A DNA stretch of 63,303 nt, filler included, from Theionarchaea archaeon (GCA_018992565.1; 6 parts of 6 records of this genome joined end to end with filler, not necessarily neighbours in it), one strand, 5' to 3'; shown: positions 1 to 8,621, counted from the first letter of the whole stretch. Program-made: numbers and translations. Notes: a model not told the origin generated them from the sequence alone.

Positions 1-944
1 ACGGTATCGTCCATGACAATTGAAGACTCCACCTCAGTGTTCTTGATGACAACATTGTTTCCAATTGATGTGAAAGGTCCAATATACGTATTGGGGCCAA
101 TAACACAGTCTTCTCCAATGATGAGGGGCCCTCGTAGCACAGTGCCCTCTTTCACTTGAGTTCTGGGGCCAACCTGGATTCTCCCCCTTACTTCCGCTGT
201 ATCATCAATTTGACCCTGAATATCCCTCTTGATACCATCCAAAACCAGGTGGTTTGCTTCAAGTATGTCATCAGGTTTTCCTGTATCCTTCCACCAATCG
301 CCTGTAATTGACGCATTGACGGGATACCCTTTATCCAGCAACCACTGGATGGCATCAGTAATCTCCAGTTCATTTCGCCAGGAAGGAGTTATACTCCTGA
401 CAGCTTCAAAAATGGTCTTTCTAAACGCATAGATGCCCACGAGAGCCAGATCTGAAGGTGGCTCCTTGGGTTTCTCAATTAATCTAATGATCCCTCCACT
501 ATCATCCAGCTGGGCAACCCCGAACAAGTGGGGATTCTTCACATGGGTCAACAAAATGCTAGCCTCACACTGAGAATTCTGAAAATCTTTCACAAACGCA
601 GTAATTCCTTCCTTAAGGAGGTTATCCCCCAGGTACATAACAAAAGGTTCTTCACCAATGAAATCCTTAGCAATTAAGACAGCGTGAGCCAGTCCTTTAG
701 GATATTCCTGTTCAATGTATGTAATGGAGGCTCCCCATCTCTCCCCTGTTCCAATGGTTGCCATGACCTGGTCTTTATTGGGACCGTAGATAACACCGAT
801 ATCAGTGATGCCTGCTTCCACCAGGTCTTCAATAGCATAGAATACGATGGGCTTATTTGCTATGGGTATCAGCTGCTTCTGGCTGGTATAAGTAATGGGA
901 CGGAGACGGGTTCCAAATCCACCGGTCAGCACTAATCCTTTCAT
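1..944 (-). CDS. rfbA: Glucose-1-phosphate thymidylyltransferase (3' end runs off window)
   Basis: Manual translation from ATG 944: MKGLVLTGGFGTRLRPITYTSQKQLIPIANKP (nucleotidyltransferase GxGTRLxP motif). Start overlaps the rfbD stop (ATGA). Absent from the ORF track because it is open at the window edge. Confidence 0.92.
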   Translation of the reverse strand, partial: MKGLVLTGGFGTRLRPITYTSQKQLIPIANKPIVFYAIEDLVEAGITDIGVIYGPNKDQVMATIGTGERWGASITYIEQEYPKGLAHAVLIAKDFIGEEPFVMYLGDNLLKEGITAFVKDFQNSQCEASILLTHVKNPHLFGVAQLDDSGGIIRLIEKPKEPPSDLALVGIYAFRKTIFEAVRSITPSWRNELEITDAIQWLLDKGYPVNASITGDWWKDTGKPDDILEANHLVLDGIKRDIQGQIDDTAEVRGRIQVGPRTQVKEGTVLRGPLIIGEDCVIGPNTYIGPFTSIGNNVVIKNTEVESSIVMDDT

Positions 945-1765
945 TGGGACACCTTTTTCATTTCCTGTAACCCTTCCTTCACAGATAGCAAAGGTGTATC
1001 TATGATTGCTTTTATCTTTTGTGTTGAGAGGGATGAATCTCTTGGCCGTGGTGCCTTCTGGGCCAGGTCTTCACTTCTTACAGGAGTCATGAAAGAGTCA
1101 TCCAGCCCAAAAATATTGGCTATTTCACGTGCAAAGTCATATCTCGTAATTCGTTCTGTGCCAGTGACGTGATAGAGCCCCATCACATCCTTTTTACAGA
1201 GGTCAAGTAGTACCTCAGCAAAGTTGTCAGCCAGGGTAGGACAGGTATACTGGTCAGTGACGATCCTGATGTGCTTTTCACTCTGTAATTGGCTGAGAAC
1301 CCAGGTGACAAAATTCAGGTGGTGATGCCATCCGTACAAGACGCTGGTTCTCACTATAAGAGAATCATCCATTTCTTGAACGATTCTTTCTCCCTCCAAT
1401 TTTGTCATCCCGTAGTAATTGATGGGATTGGGAGTATCTTCTTCAGTGTACATCTTGCCTGTGCCGTCAAACACGAAATCTGTGGATATATAAACCAATT
1501 TTGCATGAAGGCTTGCGCAGGCTGTCACTACATTTTCCGTTCCCGTGACATTTGTCAGCCAGGCTTTGTCTTTCTGAGTTTCACATAGATCCACATTGGT
1601 GAAAGCTGCACAGTGAATGACCATGTCTGGAGCCACCTCCTGGATGTAGTGGATGATTTCAGGTGTAGTTATGTCTATTCTCCGGTCAGGATATGTCTGA
1701 AACCTGGATTTGGCCAGAATTTTGCTTCCCAGGAGGCCTGTATGTCCAGTAATCATCAACTTCAT
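941..1765 (-). CDS. rfbD: dTDP-4-dehydrorhamnose reductase
   Basis: ITGHTGLLG Rossmann motif, HCAAFTNVDLCE, ISTDFVFDG, YGMTKLEGE (YxxxK), APRPRDSSL. Coupled to rfbA. Confidence 0.93.
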   Translation of the reverse strand: MKLMITGHTGLLGSKILAKSRFQTYPDRRIDITTPEIIHYIQEVAPDMVIHCAAFTNVDLCETQKDKAWLTNVTGTENVVTACASLHAKLVYISTDFVFDGTGKMYTEEDTPNPINYYGMTKLEGERIVQEMDDSLIVRTSVLYGWHHHLNFVTWVLSQLQSEKHIRIVTDQYTCPTLADNFAEVLLDLCKKDVMGLYHVTGTERITRYDFAREIANIFGLDDSFMTPVRSEDLAQKAPRPRDSSLSTQKIKAIIDTPLLSVKEGLQEMKKVSQ

Positions 1766-1851
1766 TGCAGGAACTTATGAAAATGAACTTAAAGGCTTTG
1801 CGCAGAAAGGGCAACTCTCTCGCGTGTCTGGTCTGTCCAGATAACGATGGA

Positions 1852-2973
1852 TTACGCTCGAACGAATATCCTCCCATCCCCCTTCTTGATCACAAACGAT
1901 GTACCAATGATTCCTGTAGTTACATCAGTATATTCTTGATCAAACCTCACTGTAACATCAGCATAAGGGCAGCTCACCACAATCCCCTTTTCGAATTCTC
2001 GCCAGTAAGCATTGTCCCTCAAGTAATAGGAATCAAGTGGAGGCCCCAAATCCACATCATACTCGGGGAACCACCATGCCTGGCCATGGTCTCTGGGACC
2101 AAAATCGTAGGTGAAGTATGTATTATCATTGAGCAGACTCAAGGTGAGCCCCAGTCTCATTTTCGAAAGATCTTTCATTCCGGTATCACTGGTGTCCACA
2201 GCATACACGATGATATACGGGCTCTGGGCAGCTTCCAGGCCTGTCTCATAGTCGGCGCCCCACTCCCCCAGGAAATTTTCCATAACATACCCATCAAAGT
2301 ACTGCGCATAGGGGTCTATGGACTCGAAGTCTTTGCCCGCATTGACGATAATGAGCTTGATGTGGGCATCTGCCATCTCTCTAACATCCTGGAGCAGAGT
2401 CTTGGTGGTTGAAACCCATTCTTCATCACTGATAGCGTCGGGACACCACGACACATCCAGGAGCATATCAATGATGATCCCGTCATGCTGAGGCTGGTCC
2501 AGAATTGCCTTGTAAGCTGCAAGAACGAGAGCTCGCCATCCGGGGTTACGGGGATCCATTGCATAAATCTCCTGATGACCCCACTGTTCTGATGCCCACC
2601 CGAAAGCACACTTCTCATTGTCTGCTTTCAGATACATGTCTTCAGTCACGTTGTGGGGAGTCTCTGCACTGGCTATTGTCTCCAGGAAAGTCATCCATTC
2701 TGGATTATCATACACCCAGTTGAGAGTGATTCCCGCCAGTATTACAACAGAAGGAGCGTTCTCCTTGAGAGCAGTCGCTTCTTCTGGTGTAACCCATCCT
2801 GTCATGACGAGAGTATATGGATGGCCCGACCTGATGAGTTCATCTTTCTTGGAAAGCCAGCTGGCAATGCGAGGAGTACCAGATTCCACGCTCAGAGAAG
2901 GCTGTGGCACTTCAGACTGGTTAAGGCAGCACGAAAGAAGTAGTATGACCATAACCAGGGGGGCTGGTTTCAT
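1852..2973 (-). CDS. Secreted lipoprotein, putative glycoside hydrolase (TIM-barrel, GHL15/GH114-like)
   Basis: Lipobox-like LLLSCC, then MDPRNPGW, DGIIID, DGYVMENF and WWFPEYDVDLGPP motifs typical of these hypothetical hydrolases. Confidence 0.55.
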   Translation of the reverse strand: MKPAPLVMVILLLSCCLNQSEVPQPSLSVESGTPRIASWLSKKDELIRSGHPYTLVMTGWVTPEEATALKENAPSVVILAGITLNWVYDNPEWMTFLETIASAETPHNVTEDMYLKADNEKCAFGWASEQWGHQEIYAMDPRNPGWRALVLAAYKAILDQPQHDGIIIDMLLDVSWCPDAISDEEWVSTTKTLLQDVREMADAHIKLIIVNAGKDFESIDPYAQYFDGYVMENFLGEWGADYETGLEAAQSPYIIVYAVDTSDTGMKDLSKMRLGLTLSLLNDNTYFTYDFGPRDHGQAWWFPEYDVDLGPPLDSYYLRDNAYWREFEKGIVVSCPYADVTVRFDQEYTDVTTGIIGTSFVIKKGDGRIFVRA

Positions 2974-3125
2974 AGGTATTTCTGCTTCTCCAGCTTAATA
3001 AAGCTTCTGATCCGCTCTTTATATGTAGAACGTGTCTCTCCATGAGACCGGCTTCATGTCGATGTTCATGATTATCCCTCCGCAACAGACTAGCCAGTCA
3101 TCAAGCAGAATCAGAGGCTTCGGGA

Positions 3126-3186
3126 GAATAGAAGAGAAACGGGAGAAATCATTGCTGTAGGGACTATCCCGTATTCTCTTCTATTC
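3126..3186. repeat. 19-bp inverted repeat (one bulge, 22-nt loop)
   Basis: GAATAGAAGAGAAACGGGA (3126-3144) pairs with TCCCGTATTCTCTTCTATTC (3167-3186). Confidence 0.7.
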
Positions 3187-3393
3187 AGAAACTGCCCATC
3201 CGGGCAGAGGGAGGTTGAAGTCCACCCAACCCCTGTGGGTTAGCAGGATGTCTACCTCATCTCCTCCTATTCATCACTCTTCTTAAGCTTTTTGCTAAAA
3301 TAATACGCCAAATATCCAAGAAATAGAGAAATAACGAACTTTCATGGCAAACATTTTTATGCAAGTTATCAAATGTGAAATGAGGTGGAAATA

Positions 3394-3600
3394 ATGAACA
3401 AAATACTAGTCTTTCTCTTGATAGCTGGACTTGTGCTGGCAGGAACCGTTTCTGCTGTACAAGAAATCAGTGAACAGGCAAGTACTGAACCTCCTGCCTT
3501 CTCGGGAGAATCCCCCACAACCCTGAGCGATGATGGATCTACAAGTAATCAAGGAACCTCTGGAGGAGGTGGCTCTGGTTCAGCTCCAATACCTGGCTAG
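3394..3600 (+). CDS. Small secreted Ser/Gly-rich peptide (68 aa) ending GGGGSGSAPIPG
   Basis: TTTTTAT box at ~3354-3360, SD GAGGTG at 3382-3387, ATG 3394. Sec signal MNKILVFLLIAGLVLAGTVSA. Stop overlaps the stop of the convergent gene (CTAG 3597-3600). Confidence 0.75.
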   Translation: MNKILVFLLIAGLVLAGTVSAVQEISEQASTEPPAFSGESPTTLSDDGSTSNQGTSGGGGSGSAPIPG

Positions 3601-4559
3601 ATATCCTTTGACCAGTGGCACTCAAAAATCGCATGTCTTTCACTCTTGACAATTCCTTTTTTCTTCATTTTTTCCAGGAGACAGTGTAGTTTCATTTGAG
3701 ATACATCCCATATGATGCCATCTTCCCTCATGGAAGATCTCTCCACGTATGCGTGCACAAGGAGGTAGTCCTCCACTTTTACAAAAAATGTAGAAGTAGG
3801 TAGCTGGGAAAATACTTCAATGACCAAGTCCTCATACTCGGTCTCAATCAGGAACAAATATGGATCATACTCAGACATTCCCTTTGGAAAAAACCTGACA
3901 GCCACCAGACAGCTGTGGGGCAGGAGAGTGAAGAACTCGTCGATCTTGTGCGAAGAGATTTCATGTTCCTTCATGATGGGGGTATAGGCTTTCCGACCGT
4001 CATATTTCAACTCTCTGTACAGGATCTCGAAATCAGGGTCCCACCACTCCAGCACCTCGTTCCAGCGACTTCTCACCAATGTCCGTGGTTCATACTCTCT
4101 CAGAGAACATGTATCGATGCGTTCTCTCATCAACTCAGTTGATTCGTCCCAGGAACCCGTCAGAGAATATGCCACGTGGTAATCAGATCGGGGCCCTTCA
4201 GCCAATATTTCTCCCTTGATGTCCATTTCCTTCTTTGCGATAACCCACAGATTACCAAATCCTCCAAGAACAGCATGATGTACCACATTCGTATCGTCTT
4301 TGTATTTTTTATATACTTCAAATGGATCATCACAGTGCACGAGATACATGTATTCTCTGAAGTTCCTGTAGGAATGTTTTCTCAGTTGAGGAGCAGTCAC
4401 AATCCCTGATTCCAGAACGTCACGTATCCTCTTACTTGCAGTATGTCTGTCAATCCTCAAGGAGCTGGCGACATCCTTGATATTGACACGGAAGTTCTGG
4501 TAGAACTCGTTGTAGATTGTCCAATTATCCTGTAATGTTCTATAGCCAAGGTGTTTCAC
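3597..4559 (-). CDS. Putative transcriptional regulator with two HTH modules (Lrp/AsnC-like duplicated architecture)
   Basis: N-terminal HTH-like NIKDVASSLRIDRHTASKRIRDVLESG and a second module ELKYDGRKAYTPIMKEHEIS (Lrp-like LxxDGR). Confidence 0.55.
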   Translation of the reverse strand: MKHLGYRTLQDNWTIYNEFYQNFRVNIKDVASSLRIDRHTASKRIRDVLESGIVTAPQLRKHSYRNFREYMYLVHCDDPFEVYKKYKDDTNVVHHAVLGGFGNLWVIAKKEMDIKGEILAEGPRSDYHVAYSLTGSWDESTELMRERIDTCSLREYEPRTLVRSRWNEVLEWWDPDFEILYRELKYDGRKAYTPIMKEHEISSHKIDEFFTLLPHSCLVAVRFFPKGMSEYDPYLFLIETEYEDLVIEVFSQLPTSTFFVKVEDYLLVHAYVERSSMREDGIIWDVSQMKLHCLLEKMKKKGIVKSERHAIFECHWSKDI

Positions 4560-4871
4560 AGAATCTCTCCTGTACTTACATTATTATGGAATATATAAAT
4601 CTTTCTCCTCTTTTTCTTCAAAAAATTTCACATAGTTCATTATAATGGTAAAAAAGTTTCAAATAGAATTTTTGCGTCTTATATATTCCATTATTGTGCA
4701 TATTTTTCTGTTAACGGAGGAACTCCGGATGGGTATCTATGATGGTGCGACAGCATCCCGGTTCCAAGAACATTTCAGAATGTCACTCATCCATTATGCG
4801 ATGAAAGCCTGAACCTGCAAAAGAGATTTATACTCCCAACCAGTAGAATGCTGCAACTCAAAGGTGTAAGA

Positions 4872-5705
4872 ATGAGATCGATTTCTTTGACTCCCCTGGA
4901 GATTAAAGCCCTTGTGGAAGAGGTATCACTCCAGAATCTCAGGAAAGATCCTCTGACCAACCCGTATGAATCCTTGAGAGTGAAGGATAGGGATATTTTC
5001 TTCGTCCTGCATACCACAGGGAAGATGGTTTTTCAAGAATCCAAGGGGATGGATGATTTGCTGAATACTATTCTCATTAAAGAGTCCAAGGTCCTCATTG
5101 GCACTGATGAAGCAGGAAAAGGAGAGTGGTACGGCCCTCTGGTAGTAGCGGGAGTGGGGTTGACTCCTGATGAAACCCTTGAACTGAGAAAGCTGGGTGT
5201 TGGTGACAGCAAGGGACTATCATCTTTCAGAATATATGAAATCGGCCAGGTGCTGAGGTTCTCGCACATTGAACGAGAGGTTAGAATTCTCCCGCCTGCA
5301 ACTTACAACAAAGTGTATGAGCAGTTCAAGAAAGAGGGGAAAACACTAAATGATATCTTGTCCTGGGCCCATACAGAGGTAATCCGTGATATACTTGGAA
5401 GGATGAAGCCAGATGCAGCCAGAGTGGTTATCGACAAGTTTGATGTAGGAGAAAAATCCATTGGAGACCGATTGAGCACTTTGGAGAGATTCAACGTCAC
5501 CATCATTGAGAAAACACAGGCCGAATCGGAGGTTGCAGTGGCAGCAGCCAGCGTTCTGGCCAAGTACATTTTTGATGAACAGGTGCGGACGCTCAACGAG
5601 AAGTTTGGCCTTGATCTGAGGACTATGAGTCCTGAAGAAATCCCAGAGAGAGTCTTGCCTTCAGTGGCTAAGCTCCACTTTCGCAATGTGCGGAAACCTG
5701 GCTGA
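4872..5705 (+). CDS. rnhC: Ribonuclease HIII
   Basis: ~75-aa N-terminal (TBP-like) extension, then IGTDEAGKGEWYGPLVVAGV, GVGDSK, VIDKF, AVAAASVLAK and AKLHF motifs of RNase HIII. Confidence 0.8.
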   Translation: MRSISLTPLEIKALVEEVSLQNLRKDPLTNPYESLRVKDRDIFFVLHTTGKMVFQESKGMDDLLNTILIKESKVLIGTDEAGKGEWYGPLVVAGVGLTPDETLELRKLGVGDSKGLSSFRIYEIGQVLRFSHIEREVRILPPATYNKVYEQFKKEGKTLNDILSWAHTEVIRDILGRMKPDAARVVIDKFDVGEKSIGDRLSTLERFNVTIIEKTQAESEVAVAAASVLAKYIFDEQVRTLNEKFGLDLRTMSPEEIPERVLPSVAKLHFRNVRKPG

Positions 5706-5863
5706 TGCAGTGATTCATCCAAAGACAGTAAGTTTCATGTATTACGCACTTCCCAGATTCAAGAGCGGTAGAGGGCTTTCCTCACATTAGGGCCGAAGAG
5801 TGACTGCGGAAAGGGAAAAGACAAAAAGTAAAAAAGAGATCGTTCTGCCCTGATGCAGCTGAA

Positions 5864-5947
5864 CTAGAATGCCATGAAAATGGGGTCGCCACCACCAGTG
5901 GATGCCACACAGGTAGTGTCCCTGTAGTCCTCAACTCGGGGTTCCAT
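5864..5947 (-). CDS. Putative RiPP precursor peptide, copy 4: MEPRVEDYRDTTCVASTGGGDPIFMAF (27 aa)
   Basis: Manual translation. SD GAGGTGA upstream of ATG, TATA (CTTATAT) ~47-53 nt upstream, T-rich tract downstream. Paralogous to three adjacent copies. Confidence 0.88.
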   Translation of the reverse strand: MEPRVEDYRDTTCVASTGGGDPIFMAF

Positions 5948-6292
5948 TTTTCTCACCTCTGTAGATCTTATACCTTTACTTGCACTTTCCTAGATATAAG
6001 CGTATCGAAGTAATACGATTGATCTAATACTCACATGAAGAATAACACATTTCATATAGGAATTATGACTATAAAAAATGTGAACTCCATATCTTCCAGA
6101 TTTCCAAAGAACGGAGACGTACTGATGCACTCTTTAGTAGAGAATATCTGCAATATTGACCAAAAACAACGAAAATAGAAGTAAGATGTACTGCACAGCA
6201 CCATCAGGATCTTCAAACGAACTCTTTGAGAGTCCTATGATATAGTATTAAAGAATAAAAGAGAAATAGACTTAGGAAAGTTGAGAAACAGA

Positions 6293-6367
6293 CTATGCTT
6301 CTAACATGAGTCCGCCAGTGGATGCAACACAGGTAGCATCCAAATAGTCTTCAACTCGGGGTTCCAT
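6293..6367 (-). CDS. Putative RiPP precursor peptide, copy 3: MEPRVEDYLDATCVASTGGLMLEA (24 aa)
   Basis: SD GGAGGTGA, TATA TTTATAT at 6414-6420, T-rich terminator. Synonymous codon differences versus the other copies. Confidence 0.9.
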   Translation of the reverse strand: MEPRVEDYLDATCVASTGGLMLEA

Positions 6368-6708
6368 CTTTTTCACCTCCGTAGATCTTATACCTTTTCT
6401 TGCACTTTCCTAGATATAAACTTACCGGCAGAGTGTGATCGATCACATAGTTACTTGAAAAACAACACATTTTTCATAGATAACCTTGCCTTGGAAAATG
6501 TGAACCAACATGTCTTCCAAATTCCAGAGGATTGAGGATTCATACTAACGCGGTTATTGGCAAAGCACATCTGAATATCAGCCAGAGATAGAAAAGCAGG
6601 ATAGACTACACAGCATCGCCAGGATCTTCATGAGACTCATTGAAAACTCTATGAAGATAATCATTAAAGAATAAAAAAGAAGTAGATACAGAAAATCTGA
6701 GAAACAAC

Positions 6709-6783
6709 TTACGCTTCTCTCATGACTCCACCAGTGGATGCAACACAGGTAGCGTCCAGATAATCCTCAACTCGGGGTTCCAT
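6709..6783 (-). CDS. Putative RiPP precursor peptide, copy 2: MEPRVEDYLDATCVASTGGVMREA (24 aa)
   Basis: SD GGAGGTGA, TATA (AAAGCTTATAA) at ~6830-6840, T-rich terminator. Confidence 0.9.
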   Translation of the reverse strand: MEPRVEDYLDATCVASTGGVMREA

Positions 6784-7034
6784 TTTTCTCACCTCCTTTA
6801 CTGTAGCACATTTTTATTTGGATTGCTTCTTATAAGCTTTTTGGGAAATTGCGATCTTTCCAATGCCTGCTAAGAAAAGCATGAAACGATACATCAATCA
6901 AGACATGGGGTGTTAATTCGACTCACCTTACTTGAGGTGCAAAAACTTCTGGCATCATGAGCCCGCGGCTGCTACCCCCACCAAGAGTCACTATCGTATG
7001 AATAAAAAAAGAGAAAAACGAAGAAACAAGTTAC

Positions 7035-7112
7035 TTATGCCATCAGGACTGCGACGCCAGCTGTGGATGCAACACAGGTAGCATCCAAATAGTCTTCAAC
7101 TCGGGGTTCCAT
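7035..7112 (-). CDS. Putative RiPP precursor peptide, copy 1: MEPRVEDYLDATCVASTAGVAVLMA (25 aa)
   Basis: SD GGAGGTGA, TATA (AAAAACTTATATAT) at ~7157-7170, T-rich terminator at ~7000-7028. Confidence 0.9.
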   Translation of the reverse strand: MEPRVEDYLDATCVASTAGVAVLMA

Positions 7113-7563
7113 CTTTTTCACCTCCTCTTACTTCCTTCCCTTCCATTTGATCCTGGATATATAAGTTTTTTGTAGGATTGCAGTGTTCTTGGTTTTCTCC
7201 TCATGAGTACATCCAGGTCTATTGACTGGTATGGGCCATCAGAATGTGAGAGACGAAAGTGTTTCTTGATATCACCTGAATTTCAACATGTGGGTGAAGA
7301 CCAATCTGGAGGTGAGAGCACACCTGATTCCATCCAGGTGTGGAAAAAGGGAAAAAAATCCTAAATCTGTTCGTACTATGAGGTTTCTTAAAGGTTGGCA
7401 TTTCCATTAGGTTCTTCCATGTACTATGAATCGAAAATAAGGTCTTTCAGATTTAAGGGAGAACTTCTGAAATCCAGACTATTCATGTTTATTTTACGAT
7501 TGTAGATACGAATAAAATAGGGCATCCCACACGCACTAAAACCTGGAATAACGAATTACAACT

Positions 7564-8274
7564 TCACATTTTTCTCATGTCGAGACATACCTTCCACACT
7601 CCTGGAGCATAGGAACCTGCATTTCTCGTATTCAGAATCTCATAGCCCGGGATATTGGCCAACCTGCTCTTGGTGGAAGCCCACGTGCAGTAGTGCAGAT
7701 ACCCACCTGCTTTGACAAAATCTGCACTCGAACAAAACAATTATGATTGCAGGGCTGAGGTACAACCACTCTGTCAGCTTTTCCTCCCTGATACTCATAA
7801 CTATCCCCCAACACTGGAGTGATACTTCCCCTTATCCTGTTCACTTCGATATTCTCCGTCGGGAAGGAGAATACCTTCTCATTTTTCTCCACTGTCACTA
7901 CATTCACATTCTTCTCCATTGCCAAAACCAGAGGTATGATGCCCACTCCTGCAAATAAGACCATAATCTTCACTTTCTCCGTTACTAAAAACTTCATTCG
8001 CTGACGTTCTGTTTTCTCCCTTTCTAAAAAAACAGGTTTCTCCAGCATCCAAGCGAACCTGTATCCCATATTCAGTGTGTACCGTTTCTGTCCTGCTGCC
8101 AACTAGAATTCTCAAGCTCTACTGACGAAACTCCCCACAGCGCCCCAGTCTTCGTACCACCACACTCACACGGGAATCTCTCTGGCAGACAGTCTCAGCG
8201 ATCTCGTGTTCCCTGTGTTCCAGTTCTGCTGGTACATATACAACCGCGATATCTCCAATACAGGTGCACCTCAT
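7564..8274 (-). pseudogene. Disrupted Trm5/Taw2 (Met-10+) family tRNA methyltransferase
   Basis: MRCTCIGDIAVV...GEFRQ, in-frame TAG at 8119-8121, then RILVGSRTETVHTEYG. Frameshift near the T-run at ~8025-8032 to ERQRM...LFAGVG. A second frameshift precedes the C-terminal GSYAPGVWKVCLD. Confidence 0.75.
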
Positions 8275-8621
8275 CTCTTCACGATTTCTTCAAAGAATAT
8301 TTTCAGCCCCGCTTCTGCCTTCTCCTTCTTATCTGCCACCAGAACAACCATGTCGTTGTCCCCACATGCGAATTCCTTTTCTATCTGGTGTCTCTCTCCT
8401 ACAGATATGCCAAAAGAAGGCAGTTCGTCAGTTGTAATGAATCCTTTGACCCCTGTTTTTTTCTCCATCGTCCTGGCAATGTCTTCAGCAAACGCGGGGT
8501 CTTTGGTCAGGACATTCTTGGAATTTTCTACTTTCTCTGCTAAGACCACTCCTCCTCTGGAGATTATTCCCTTTATAAGGCCAGATTTGGTCTCTGAAAA
8601 CAAATCGGTTATATCTTTCAT
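8271..8621 (-). CDS. Standalone GAD/GatE-insertion-domain protein
   Basis: DITDLFSETKSGLIK...GGVVLA...GVKGFITTDELPSFGIS...DMVVLVAD resembles the AspRS-like insertion domain of GatE. No catalytic domains present. Confidence 0.7.
   Translation of the reverse strand: MKDITDLFSETKSGLIKGIISRGGVVLAEKVENSKNVLTKDPAFAEDIARTMEKKTGVKGFITTDELPSFGISVGERHQIEKEFACGDNDMVVLVADKKEKAEAGLKIFFEEIVKR

Larger units (their letters stand above)
5895..6800. repeat. ~420-bp tandem duplication units (peptide gene plus homologous intergenic DNA)
   Basis: Start codons are spaced 420, 416 and 329 bp apart. Intergenic 5948-6292 and 6368-6708 share blocks such as GTAGATCTTATACCTTT-CTTGCACTTTCCTAGATATAA, AAAATGTGAAC, CAGGATCTTCA and ATTAAAGAATAAAA. 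Confidence 0.85.

Noticed and set aside
1765..2412. Long antisense ORFs in the track (e.g. 1765-2412, 35156-35956, 47521-48171)
   Set aside because: They overlap well-supported genes on the opposite strand and lack motifs or SDs.
5864..7112. Lasso peptide assignment for the MEPRVEDY peptides
   Set aside because: No lasso cyclase or B2 protease in the window, and the tails are too short, lacking an Asp/Glu at core position 7-9 followed by a threading tail.
5864..7125. CRISPR array interpretation of the four-fold repeat
   Set aside because: Period is 330-420 bp, the spacers are homologous to each other, repeat variation is at synonymous codon positions, and there are no cas genes. These are duplicated peptide genes.
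8119..8121. In-frame TAG as pyrrolysine or readthrough codon
   Set aside because: The same gene also has two frameshifts and many other genes here end in TAG. Pseudogenisation is the simpler explanation.
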